DNA from: Octopus vulgaris | Lineage: Eukaryota | DNA length: 64,000 bases | Assembly (NCBI GenBank): GCA_951406725.2 | Contig: OX597826.1 | Location: 1,364,001-1,428,000 of the forward strand | Direction of reading: 5' to 3' | Part shown: piece after piece, positions 37,842 to 51,100 of the stretch | Layout of the letters: each line of letters begins with the position of its first letter | Numbering within the stretch: position 1 is the first letter of the stretch | Made by a program: the position numbers and the translations under genes | Notes under the pieces: model-generated | Told to the model about the DNA's origin: nothing | Seen by the model: only the letters and a program-made list of their open reading frames with translations | Database searches by the model: none

Positions 37842-38074
37842 GTGTTCAAAAAGTCTCTCTCCAGTAAGTATTTAATGGATTTTGGGTGATTCTTGTACAC
37901 TGATCCTTTACTTGCTCCCAAGACAAAAAAAGTCTGGTGGTGTTAAACCAGGTGATCTTGGTGGCCAAAGTCCCTTCAAAATAATCAGTTCACTGCAAAT
38001 CTCTTGAAGTAGCGACATGGTGATGCACAGGATGAAAAAAAAATCTGCTGCAGAGAAACTTCTTGAACATCCTG
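37839..38074 (-). mobile_element. Internally deleted Tc1/mariner element retaining a transposase fragment
   Basis: Minus frame GLWPPRSPGLTPPDFF, then frameshifted ..KGSVYKN, resembling the WPPRSPDLTPLDFFLWGxLKxxVY motif. TIRs ggtgttcaaaaagtctctc / gagaaacttcttgaacatcctg-TA. Confidence 0.85.
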
Positions 38075-38323
38075 TATATATATATATACACACACATACA
38101 TACGTGTGTTCTGTTTGGCATATAAAAAGCACCCAGTAAACTCTGTAAAGTAGTTGGCATTAGGAAGGGCTTCCAGCTGTAGAAATCATGCCAAAACCGT
38201 CACTGGAGTTCAATGTAGCCCTGTGGCTTGCTGGAATCTGTCAAGCCATCCAATCCATGCAAGTATTGAAAATGGACATTAAATGATGATGATGCTATAT
38301 CTATCTATGTGTGTGTGTGTGTG

Positions 38324-38362
<39 letters not shown>

Positions 38363-41300
38363 TTGATCATTCAGCTGAAAAATATTCCAAGACCAGGCCA
38401 CTACCAAGATGGAATTGAACACATAAACAATACTTTTCACTGCTTCTGCAACTTTTTTTTATTCCTATTAATCTTGTATTTTTTGTTGTCATTTTTATCT
38501 ATTTTTGTATTTTGATGAATGTAAACTGAGGAGGAGCAGTGAAAGAGTGGAGGAGAGAGAGAGATAGGAGGAGGAGGAGGAAGAAGGGAAGAGAAAAAAT
38601 GAAAGAGGGGGAGAATGGGATGGTAGAATGGAAAGTGTAAGAGGTTAGGGGAAGGAGAGAGAGAGAGGGAGAGATTAATTTCATATTTGAATAAAAGCTG
38701 GAGGACACAGACATTGAATGGAGAGAAAAGTAAATTAAAAATTGAAAACACACACACCCCATTGCAATTAGTCATGGTGTACATTATGGATGGCTACCAA
38801 CGAGTGAGGTGTGTCAGGTTTATTTTCGTTAAGATTAACCTATTACTCTGTTAGTGTAATATGCAATCTTGACCAACCTCCTTTTTAGCTGACCCCTCAC
38901 TCTCAAGCTGTAAGTCAGTGTCAACATCCTGGTAAATGGGTGTTGGTTGTAGTTAAGAGGACGAGTAAAAGGTTAACAAAAGAAAAAGGACAATGTCATT
39001 CAGCCTGTCCAGATTCTGCAAAACCTTCATATTGCATTTCTCACAAAATACTACATGAAACTACAACTACATCATCATCATCATCATTTAACGTCTGTTG
39101 TTGATGCTAGTATGGGTTGGATGGTTCGACTGGGCTGGCACACTGGAAGGCTGCACTAGACTCCAGTCTGATTTGGCATGGTTTTCTCCAGCTGGATGCC
39201 CTTCCCAATGCCAACCACTCCGAGAGGGTAATGGGTGCTTTTATGTACAACTGGTGCATGTGCCATTTGTGTGACACTGATGTGCATTTATGTGCCACTG
39301 GCATGGGTGCGTTTACATGCCACCAACATTGGTGCCATCTGCGTGACACCGGGGTGCATTTATATGCACGGGTGCCAACTTGCGTCCCCATCCCACTCCG
39401 GCACCGTGACATATTGTTACTACTTATTTTATCTTTTACTTGTTTGTCATTAGAATATGGCCAGGCTGTGGCACCACCTTAAACGGTTTAAGTCTTGTAC
39501 TTATTCTGTCTCTTTTGTTGAACTAATAAGTTATTGTTTGTCAAGTGGTGGTGGGGAAACAAAACACAGACACACACAAGGGCTTCTATACAGTTTCTAT
39601 CTACCAAATTCACTCACAAGACATTGGTTAGCCTGGGGGTATAGTAGAAGATACTTGCCCAGAGTTCTGCACAGTGGGACTGAACTCAAAACCATGTGGT
39701 TGCAAAGTGAGCTTCTTTAACCACACAACCACCACGTTTGATCTGTCTTCAGATCTACATGCATCAGAGAAATCTATGAAAAGAAGGACTGCAATCTTAT
39801 CTTCACCATCCACCAAAACAACTACCTTCACAGCTACTAAATAATGAGCAGTCGGCAGAAGCACGGGGCTATATTTTGTGCGGTCAGAGGTGAGGGGGGG
39901 GAGAGCAAGGATTATAATAGATTTAACTGATCCCAGCACTTCATTAGTACTTTATTTTACCCACCCTTGTGAGATGAAAAACAAAGTTGAACTTAGAACC
40001 TAACTCTCAGATGTTAACAAATACTCTAGGGTAATTTTGCCAGTGATTCTACCGGTTCTGCTACAATAACTACCATAACCACCAGTATTAGTACTACCTT
40101 CCATACTACCACCACTGCCACTACTACTACTACCATCACTACCACACTAAACATATAACAATAATAATAATAATTAAGTATTGTGTGGCCTGAGGCCACA
40201 TATTTCAGGGGAAGATGGTAGTAATTTTAAAAGGCCCTAGTATCTCAGTGTTGCTTATTATTATCAACCTCAGTCATAGCAGGATTAGAAAAAAAAAAAA
40301 AAAGGGAAAAAAGAAATGGCATGTTAACTAAATAGGGCAAGGCATTTTGTCCCCTACCCTATTTATTTTGTCACACTACACTACTACTACTACTACTAAA
40401 ATATACTACTGCAATAGTTTCTTGCATTAGTAAACAGTTTTGTAGAAAAGGGGTACAGTCAATTATCTCTTCTTATCTATATGAAAATCTTAATCACAAC
40501 CCAAACTTGATAACGAAATGGTAACAGGTTTTGATTAGTCAATATTAATAATACATAAAATTACAGATATTTCAGTAAACCACTCCAAAATCTTGATTAT
40601 ATTAAAAATTAATTAAACACATATTTCAGTCTATTCATTAGAGAAATACCACCATGAAAGGGTTCAAATGATTAAATTGATCTCAGTACTAGATTGTATT
40701 TATTTTATATCACCTTTGGGCAGAGATGAAAGACAAAGCCAATACCAGAGGGATAAGAATATTAATTTCATGAATAGCCACTCAGCTTTAGATTTATAGG
40801 GACAAAGCCCCTATCCACTTCTGGAATGTTTAATCAGTCAACCAAAAAAACAGAACATGGAAGTTGAAATTCATGACAATACTACTACATATAAGATTGC
40901 AATTTCAAACGACAAGAAAACATTTAATCACACACACAACACAAAAATGACAGACGTGGGGTGGTATGGTGATGGTAGTGGTTATTGTGGACTAAATACA
41001 TTTATTACTGTTCTTATTAAAATTCCTTCTGCTGCTAATAAAATACTCTCTGGTATTTCTGGCAGCACAAAGACATTTTTTTGTGGTTATTATGATGATA
41101 ATAGACAAGGTGTTTCATTGGTAAATATATCTATTAAGCAGTTTGAATGAGACAAGAAGTTTAAAGGGAAAAGAGAGAACTTCTGAAGCATTTGGAATAT
41201 TCTGAATAGCTTGGAGAGGAATGGAGGGAGGAGAGCACCAACAAAAGCCAACAGGAAGCTCCATTTGATGGTCCTGCATTCTATAAGTAGATTGCTGGGG

Positions 41301-42768
41301 AATTGAGGGAGAGGATTCTGTAAATCCTCAAATCTGGAAGTGGTATTTGTTGGAGGGAAGAAAACAATGAAATTTTAAAATAGAGAGAGAGAGAGAGAGG
41401 GAGAGAGACAAAGAGAGAGAGAGAAATTAGAGAATATAAGAGAAAAAACAATATGGTGCACAAATGACGAAGGAAACAGTTTGAAATATTTCCTATAAAA
41501 TGCCAGCATGGAAAATGGACATTAAATGATGATGAATATAAAACCCAGATATTTAGAGACACATTCAGCCTATCTATATTATAGAAGCTGAGAGAAAACT
41601 GGATACAAGAGGATCTAGTGTAAGAGAGGACAGCTAGATAAAAGACTAAGTGATCCAAATGGAAGAAAACTATGAGAAAGGAAGTCCGAGGAAGACAATT
41701 GGAAACAAGGCTGAAAAGTAATTCGAGCAGTCTGAATTTTGTTATGGGGATAATAATAATAATAATAATGGAACACCCCACCCACATGATGAGTGGTATG
41801 TGCTAGTCATTACAAACACTGTAACATAGGGTTGAGAGGGGAGTAGTTGGTTAGGTAGTTGTGTCTTACTTGTCTAACTAACTATACTGCTATATGGAAG
41901 TGGACATTATAAGAGTCCAACATTGGATGGCAACAGATTACAACAAATTTCTTGAAGTAGAAGACAAAGGAATGCTGTGATAGAGAAGACCTGTTCAACT
42001 CAAGCAATTTATTGAAAAATAAAATGGAAAATAATTAGGGTTTGGGGGATTTATCATAATTATTTTTGTCTTGATACACAAAACATGACATTCTATTAAC
42101 AATCTACAACAAAATTCTTATATATATCCATTCAACTTGCTCTGAGCAAATATGCGTAGTAGGTACAATTCTCCATTGCATGAAGGCAGACAAAGCGGAA
42201 CTTGTTTGCCTAAACTGATTTGCCCCTAGATAAATTACATGAAGTTGAAAACTGATTCAAATAAAGCTCTTGTCACTCAATAATTTATAGAACTGGCATA
42301 AATAACATTACATGATTAAAAAAAAAGAAAAGATTGACATATAATACAGCACCTCTCTTGACCACATATCTAATCAAATACACTGCCTCTGTGTTTATTA
42401 ATCTCAAAACTAATCAAATGGTTTGCACATAAATAGAAGGCATACTTAATGCATTTCAATGTTTACATCTACACTATGTTTGGATTGGTCTGAACTCTGA
42501 TCATTGTTAGGTGCCTTACTCCTGAAGGTACCAGGGTGCTGGCAAGGGGAGGTCTAAAGAACTTTACTGTTGCTCTTTTCATAGAATAATTTTTGTCATA
42601 ATCACAAAATCTCTGACTGAAGGTGAAGTGGGAGTTGTGACATTAATGAGATAGCAAACTGCTGTAACCAAAGAGGCAGCAACTAAATTCGCTGACAATG
42701 ACATCATGATAGACATGACCCACTTTTTATCAGAAAATAGAGTAACCACACGATTCAACACTTATGTG

Positions 42769-42998
42769 GTAACCCTTTTGTTGCCATATTTCTGTTGAGA
42801 TGCTCAGGGTTTCTTTCAATTAATTTTAAATATAACAAAGAATTTAATAAAATAACTTAGTTATAATTAAGCTAGTGTTAGGAACATAAATTGTGACTAA
42901 GGTTTGGTGGAAGATTTTAATTCAGAACTTTTGAAAGCAAGACATTTGTACTACAGAGCCAGAGGCGGTTTCAGTCGGGTTGGCATCAAAGGGGTTAA
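42769..42998. mobile_element. Second piggyBac-type MITE family (degraded copy at ~17440-17670)
   Basis: gtaacccttttgttgcca...tggcatcaaaggggttaa termini; internal similarity to 17440-17670. Confidence 0.7.
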
Positions 42999-43184
42999 TT
43001 GTATTTAGTTTATTGACTGACAGAGAACGAATTAAAAATAAAATCAAACTTATCAGATCATTAAGGTCATTAAGTAACACAAGACACTATCTATCTTTCC
43101 ACTTCATGCCTTAGGCAACACATTAAGCTTTCACACACACACACACACACACATACACCGCATGCTGCCTAGTCAATGGCTGTG

Positions 43185-43480
43185 ATTCACACTTAGTTCC
43201 ATGTTCCCCATCCACTTCATCGCGTTTTCAACAACCCTTCTCCAGCTGTTCTTGGGTCTTCTATTGGAGGCCCATGTCATGGATGTCATACAGTTGTCAT
43301 TGGGATCCTTCCTCAGAATCTAGCCAATGTAATTCCACCTCCTTCTCTGTACTTCACTGCTCATGCTCCCCATCTCACATCTCTCGAGCACAGCCTTGCT
43401 CTTTGTGTGATCTTGCCACTCTGTCTTAATCACCTGCCTCAGACATCTGGCCTGGAAGACACGTAGCTTTTTATTGAAAA
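43185..43480 (-). mobile_element. RTE-clade LINE ORF 3' fragment (pseudogenised)
   Basis: KKLRVFQARCLRQVIKTEWQDH...VLERCEMGSMSSEVQRRRWNYIG*ILRK...RRPKNSWRRVVE matches the RTE C-terminal pattern (F..RCLR.I..I.W.D; RRW.W.GH; GRP..TW). Confidence 0.8.
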
Positions 43481-45699
43481 TGATAGTAATACAAACAGCC
43501 CCTCTTTTTACAAGATGGAGCAACAAGATAATTCAAAGTGTGTGTTAATTGTATTTTATTGACAGAGAATGAATTAAAAGCAAAAGCAGACTCAACAAGA
43601 TTGGAACTTGGGTCCTTAAGTAACATTACAAGAAACTACGCATCATTTAAAGCAGTCCTCTACCATTTGCAGTAAATCTATTCCTAAGCTTTCTTCTATA
43701 CTATACCAGCTTCACAACTTTTAATATTTCTCTCATTTTATAGAAGAGAAGTATAGTTATTTGCAGTGATTCCTGTCATATTTGAAGCAGTTCTTTAAAA
43801 AAAAAAAAATTTTTTTTTAAATTAAATTTGGAAGACTTGAAGGTCGTGTGAATTTCTGGTTGATTTATATACAGAACAGTGGGAGTAGCACTGAAGATTT
43901 CAAATAGTACAAAACAACCTGTTCAATCATCCCCTACTGCACTTAGTAACAGAAATAAATCGGTGAATATTTAGTTCAAATACCACATAAATAAATAAAT
44001 AAACACAGAAAATAGTAATAAAAGGAAAAAATGTCAGCAACTCAATGAGTAACATGCAGGACTCTACTCCTGGTGGAAGTACTTTTAATTTCAAGTAGGT
44101 TTTGATGAAGTAATTCACACTCCTACCATCTTTGAATAGGAAGTAACAAGTGAGGAAAAAGGTCTAAATAACAACATGACCATCCTATTAAGATCAATTG
44201 TCCAACATTTGATACCTCTATTTTAAAGTCAACGTCTGACACAATATTTGGTAAAAATTCCAACAGTGGATCACAGAAGGAAATAATATGAGTAACAATA
44301 ACAAAAACAACTATTGTCAAGTATTTTCTAAAGTCAGTAACTAACCATAACTATATAGCGACTGTTTGAAGGATGCTGAGAGCTATTGTCTAGTTGGTAC
44401 TTGAGTGATTAGTATTATAGTGGCACTGTAGCAAAAGTGGAGACTTTAGGGGCTACAGGGAAATTAAATGTAAAGCTAAGAGGAAAGTTGGTTTGAACCC
44501 CCATCAGACTTTGTGTCAGCGGTCAATATATTCAGTGCAGAGTTCTAATTCCTCTGTTGAGTGTCTCCTGGAGATGAGACATGCTCTGCCAAGCTGAATT
44601 GTCCTATATACACAAATTGAAAGACAATGTCTTTTTTTATACTTATTGGATGAAGAGACTCACAAGCACCAAATCCCCTGGAGAGTTGGGTTAATACTGA
44701 AGATCTATTTCATCTTTATGTTATAATTTAATCATCAATAGTCTACAGTGGTTTCCTGTTGCTGTTTTAAGCATACACACATTTTTCATGGTAAGTGGTT
44801 GATAATTAAATCTCTGTCTTGTCAGTCTAAAACAACTGGCACCATGCAGTTGATTTAGTACCTATTACCAGCAGCTGGAGTGAACTGAGGTGAATAAACT
44901 GTTCTTTTTAGAAACAGAACGAAATAGCAGGCAGCAGCAGATATGAATATGTGGTTCTCTCTATCCTGAGATCTAACAGAACCTAAAATGGCTATGAGAG
45001 CTATTATATCACAGACTAGCAAATCATAAGTAGAAATCACCCTTGTTTCAAAACAATGAAGTCAATTGTCCAAGATTTTATATTTCTAAGGTCAACAACT
45101 GAAAAGGCTTTTTAAATTCTCAAGTGATGAAATAATGTAATTTGTGTCAATCCCAATAAAGTGGACTAACTTAAAATCTGTATCTCAACTTATTCAAAAG
45201 CAAATTTAATAATCAAATATTTGAAAATTTATGTATTTAAAGTACATCAACACACATAAAGTCAATGCTTGAAGAATTTAATAAGGTCCCATTATCAATT
45301 TATCAAAACAATCATTGAAGTTTTAGGTCTAATAAAACAAACTGTTTTTTTTTTTGTCTTTTCTTTCTAGCTTATTGAGAGGTGAAAAGGCAGCACTACA
45401 ACTTTTGAGGCACTTTGAAGGCAAGGGAGAAAAACCCACATTTTATGGCCTTCTATGCAGGGAAGTAATGTATCAAAGATATCAAGTTGAATCCAGATCA
45501 GAGACATTGCCCTAAAGGTTCCAACAGAATAGAATCTGTTAAAGATACTCATGGGTCTGGGATGTGGTTGTATTTGAAAGTTGTAAAATTCATATATGCA
45601 TCTTTAATATAATTACAAATGCATTTTTGAAAACAAGCACAACATTCAATTGGGGCCAGTACCACCATTTCCTTTTACAAAATGGTTCACTCCTAACCA

Positions 45700-46012
45700 T
45701 GTGGCACCTTGGGCAAATGTCACCCAAAACCTTGTTAGTGAATCTGAAAGATGAAAACTGAAAGAAGCCCATCATGTGTGCATGCCCTTGTCAAGACATC
45801 ATGTAATGGTTGTAAATGAGTATCACCATCAGACAAGAGAAGTTCATCTCCAGTCTTCCATGTAAAATATGTCTAGATATGGGGGAAATATTATGTTGCT
45901 TAGAAACAGGTGAGGTTGGCAGCAAGAACAGCATCAAGCTATAGAAAATCTGCCTCAACAAATTCTGTCCGACCCATGCAAGCATGGAAAAGTGGATGCT
46001 AAATGATGATGA
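45700..46012 (+). mobile_element. Chimeric SINE: family A 5' module joined to a family C-type (ATG)n 3' module
   Basis: gtggcaccttgggcaaatg...gaaaactgaaagaagcccatc then ...ccgacccatgcaagcatggaaaagtggatgctaaatgatgatga. Minus copies at ~15410-15690, 16780-17130, 48220-48500 and 51180-51540. Confidence 0.78.
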
Positions 46013-46559
46013 CATAAAATGATTGAGTGAGTAAAGAATGAGACAAGCAAGATGTGGATATCAATTGGTTCACTTTTGCAGAAGGCATTTCCATTACCTC
46101 TCTAGACTTAATGCTTCAATCACTTCACTACACCAAAGAGAGGTAGCACAGGTGCAAAACTATTCTCAAAGTTGCCTCTGATGATAGATCAACAATCTAT
46201 TTATAAAATATGTCTCATCTAGTTCATGGGAGATAGTTAGGAGATATGTAAGAAACTTATGGCACTCCAAGGAATTGTGCAATATTTTATTTTAAAATAT
46301 GGAATAAATGGTTTTGCACTTTTAAATGCTTTATGGAATACTATTCCCATATCAAGACAACGAAAGGACTTCTACAGGCTTGCTTAAACTGCTAGAAATG
46401 GTAGTCAAAATTCACTCAACAATTCTCACCCTTCTGCCTCAAAAGTGAAAGAAATAATGAGTAATGTAGTCCAAATTGTACAAGATGGGATAGTCACAGC
46501 CAAAACACCCTTGATCTGCTTGATTTGAGTTTAGATCTGGGACACTCCTGCAGCTGAAA

Positions 46560-47047
46560 GCCAAATAATTTTCCTGGCCATTAAAACTTTCAAGCTTTAA
46601 GCTACTATTCTGTGATCACACAAAGCCTCTGCTTGTTATTGTAGTATACTCTATTTTAGAAGTTACTAGCTACACCACAACTTTATTATCTTTATTTTGC
46701 CCATCCCTGTGACTCCCTAAAAACATTGCACAAAAATTCTATATGCAATTGAGAGGACCATCACACAACAAAACACCCATTCTCCTGTGGGCTGTAACCA
46801 ATAACAGAAACTTTTCAATGAAGAAAAGCAAGTCCTAAGTCCTTTTACTCAAATAGCTCCTTTTCTCAAACTGTTGCTCTCTGGAACTCACTACCAATGC
46901 CTCGTTTTCCTCAGGGCCTTTCTCTCAATTGCCATCTTTTGAATTTATAGGCCCCACTTCTCTTCTTCCTTTGTAGTCATGTATGCTACAGTAGCCTCAA
47001 GCCTTGTTTAGGGATGAAACCATATATCAAAAAAAACAAAACAAAAC
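46560..47047 (+). mobile_element. Degraded CR1/L2/Jockey-type LINE 3' end
   Basis: ...SFSQTVALWNSLP at ~46858-46897 (WNSLP motif), followed by an A-rich tail at ~47029-47046. Confidence 0.55.
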
Positions 47048-47083
47048 GTATTAAATGACACTTATCTTACTCATGTCACCAGG

Positions 47084-47086
<3 letters not shown>

Positions 47087-47138
<52 letters not shown>
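47087..47138. repeat. (GA)n microsatellite; similar tracts at ~6406-6430, 11471-11508, 38327-38361 and 59295-59362
   Basis: Directly visible. Confidence 0.95.
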
Positions 47139-47139
<1 letters not shown>

Positions 47140-47978
47140 AAGTATGTACGGATACAGAATAGGGAATGCTATCCAGCAGGGGAGGGGCAAACACTCTTCA
47201 GATGCCAGGTATCGGAAGCTAGATACACGGGTAGAGAAACTGCTATGCATGGGCTCTATGGAATGTTCTTTTTATTGAAATGAAATGCCTGGTTACAAAC
47301 AGAAATACTAGGAAGTGGTCTCTTTTATTCTTCAATTCTATTTTCAATTCTATCAATCTAAAGTGGACAGAATCAACATAATTTAAGACATTGTAGCATA
47401 GGTGATAAACCGTTAACAAACCAAGCTTGTAAATTGGTTTTGATTCCTGGCTTCAGATACTTTGCTTAATCTGTTAATATCAAAGAGAAAGGCATGAGCA
47501 TCATATTTCTTTTTTTATTTACTCCCATCGTGCCATGTCAAATCAACCAAAATTTAGGAAATTGATTATTTATTGCACACAAACTGCAGAGACTGCTGTT
47601 TACTGCACACAATCGGCCAAGACTGCTATGCACAGGCTGGATACCTCTTTACAGCACTGAACTATGAAATGATTATGATGCATATTGGCTGTTGATGGAA
47701 GATATAATAGTATCAGTGCTTTTCTGTGGTTACATAATGCAGAGTTTGAACTCATGTTCTTGGCTATAGTGAGAGTAACCTCAGTAAGTAGGCCTCTATT
47801 ATCAACACAACCACCATGCTCCAGTTGCTTATAATTAGAATTATTATTAATTTCTTATAAATGCATTAATTCTTTATTCACACGAAACAACCATTCAGTT
47901 AATATTGATCTATATCAATATTAACAGATTGTTGAATGGAAGGATAACAGTTAATATCCACACACACACACACACACA

Positions 47979-48197
47979 CGAGGGGGTGCTGAAAAGTTGC
48001 TGGCTTTAAGGGTAAAAGAAAATAGAGGAGGATCAGTTAATTATGATTTTATTCAACATATTCCCCTCTCAGATTTGCACACTTATTGTGGCAGTCCTTC
48101 AGCTTTTCCAAGCGCTGTAAAAGAACTGGGAAGGTTGGGTCTCCAGCCAGCCCTTTCAAAATATCCTTAAAGCCAGGAACATTTCAGGACCCCTTTG
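47979..48197. mobile_element. mariner-type MITE
   Basis: cgagggggtgctgaaaagttgctggctttaagg vs ccttaaagccaggaacatttcaggacccctttg. Confidence 0.78.
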
Positions 48198-51100
48198 AAT
48201 ATAAACACACATACACACAATCATTTTAACATCCACTTTTCCATACTTGTATGAGATTTCATTGATGCAAGTTTTCTACAGCCAGGTACCCTTCCTGTTG
48301 CCAACCCTGATCAGTTTCAAAGCAAGGTAATATTTCCCAGTGGGTGCACAGAAGATTGGAAATGAAATACACCCCCTGTGTGATAGTGACACTCATTTAC
48401 ACCAGTCATATGCTGCCAAGACAAGGAGACATCAACTTACAAACAACTACATGGTCAAGAAGCATCAAACTTCTTAACCATACAGCCATGCCTGCACCTA
48501 GTTTTGATTAAAAAGTTTATTTTAAGAAAAAAAAAAATTGTATAATTATCAATTCTAACCATTAGAAACAGTAATTGAAAGATCACAAGCATAAGCAACC
48601 TGTAGTGATGGTGGCGCAAGAAGTAGTAGGAGCAGCAGTAACAAGTGGAATAGTAATTTTATTTTTATAAGAAAACTGTATGTACAGGTAGATAAAGGTA
48701 AACTCACAGCTACTACTTACTTAAACAGTGTTAAATTTCATTTTTAACCTTTCATGAGAAAAATAAGGATTGTCAGCTTGTAGCAGAATAAATCAGTGAG
48801 TCATCATGACCTTTGAACAGTGACTAAGTTTATATAACTTGAGTCAACAAGTAAACATCTAACTTGGCCACTTCCCCTGCTAGAAAAAGCAGTCATGTCT
48901 CCCTCAAATTACACCCCATGGTCTTAATTAAAAACACAAACACACATGTGGTTCAAGGTATTTAAAGAACAAATGTCTGGAATGTCTAACCTGGTGTTAA
49001 ACAGCACGAAACAAAACTGGACAGTAAAATGACTCAATTGTGTCATAATGTATATAAACCATTGACAAGAAAGATACAATGGTTTTCATCTGAGCATATA
49101 TATAGAAAGGAGACAAGAATAATCCTGGCAGCAGCTAGCCAGAACAGCAGGTGCATTTTGGCCTTCTTGGGCCTTGTCTATCAGGTGTATTCAGTCACAT
49201 GCCTAGATGAGATTTATTACCTTTGATATACAGGAAAGAGTAGTACATTTATTGATACTGCCAGTAAGCTGAATGAAATATCTGGGGTGCACAATTGAAA
49301 CAGTATTAAATTAAAGTTACCATCTATGTATCTCCACTCACTGCACCCCAGTGCATCATCAACCAGTGGGAACGAGTTCAAGAGTGTACAGTGTGGTACC
49401 GAACCAAAGTAAAATAAAATATGGGTTATATCTGATGGTAGTACTGATATTAGATCTGATGTAAGCCAACTGCCGTAGCTATCACAACAGCAAAAGGACT
49501 GCTTAAGGAAGAAAAAATATTCCTCAACAATTGCCAATTATAGATTTATGTTTTCAACTGACTGGTTCACTACATTTTTGATGAATACCATGAGGTAGTT
49601 TTGTTCAAAAGTACCAATTTACTGGTTTTCTTACACATATTTTCACCTTTCAATAACATTGGCAAAGTTACACTCACAACTTGTGACTATACAAATTGCG
49701 AGGATTGTAAATGAGCATTATTGTCATAGAAGCAAGGCTTTTTGATTCTGGTCTTCTGTGAAAAACACGTCTAGCGATGGGAAAGTATTATCTTGCTCGG
49801 AGACAGATGACGGTTGGGGAACAGGAAGGGCATGCAGCTATAGAAAATCTGTCACAATAAATTCTGGGAAAAGTGGACATAGAAATGATGATCCTCTTGA
49901 GAATTGAACAGGCAAACAATCATAACCAAGCATTCAGAAAAGGAATAAAATGTTTTCAGAAATTCTTTAAAATTAACAAATGAGTTGCTAGTCTCAATAG
50001 CAGACGTTGGTCACTTTGCCCTGATAAGGCTATGGACATCAACTGTAGGAATTACTGTGTGCATATATGTGTGACTGTCTTCTTGAGGAAGACCAGGGAA
50101 GACATGTGAAGAAGTGATGACGAAATCTGATCTCGGAAAGCTGAACCATAAAATGGAAACAGGAAAAGATTTGAACAAGTGATGCTGTGCTGGAGTAGAT
50201 TCAGCAAACTCTTTCAAACATAGAAGAAAAAAACAAATGAATGTAAAATGGTAAGATCGTCTTTCACTTTGGTTACATAACCTGTAACAAACAATGTTTC
50301 CTTCACAACAGTCCATACATAACACAATAGAAAACAGCAGAGCACTGATACTTCTTCATAGAAATTAGGCTTTGCATAAATTCTCTTCATATGCTTTGAT
50401 GTAAACTAATCTTTAGCTTTTTGACCAGTACTGAATTATTCCAGCTGTGTTTTTTTATCCATCATGTATTACGCTTTTTCTTCCCTTTAATCTGATACAA
50501 TACATCATATACAGCAACAACTAGATATCATCTTTGATTACTGCTTGACTTTCAAAGCCATTATGTTCAAGAGTCACTATTCCCATACCAGCTTCTCTGA
50601 ATGAACAAGCTATGAATAAATTACTACCACTACTAATGAATATAACAAAAACACATACTACATCTGCTAAAAGAGACAGAAATACTGGACAACAGCAATT
50701 TTTAGACTATTTCACTTGTTCCAACCAGTGGACTGTAAAGAAATGAAGATTTATCTCTATAATATTATCAGAGATTCAATGATACAAACTGCTTCTCAAG
50801 CTCACTTCATAAAAGGCATTTAGTGAGGTAAAGTAAATGCTAATAAGTGGTTTGTCTTAGTGGTAATTAACAGTGACAACAATAATAATACTATGTGAAT
50901 GAATAACAAATAGCTTTCAGAATACTACAGTGGTGTGTCAGGGAAAGATAGGCAACTACAGCTCAAGGCACTGTATCGGTCATCTAATGAAGCGAGATTT
51001 TGGGGTCAGATTTATTTAGGTGAGGAGGCAGACTATACTTCAGGGTGATAAGCATCCATTACTTAGTATTTGATATTACAAATTGCAACCGATTCTTGCA

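Noticed and set aside
38309-38784. Long low-complexity ORFs (ERERER, SLSLSL, HTHTHT; also 11149-11707, 59223-59492, 62591-62966)
   Set aside because: Products of (GA)n/(CA)n microsatellites and purine-rich tracts that lack stop codons.
49217-49537. 106-aa minus ORF with acceptor- and donor-like sites (~49498, ~49320)
   Set aside because: No similarity to FERM or any family I recognise, and the phase-1 end does not fit the phase-0 exon at 30788.
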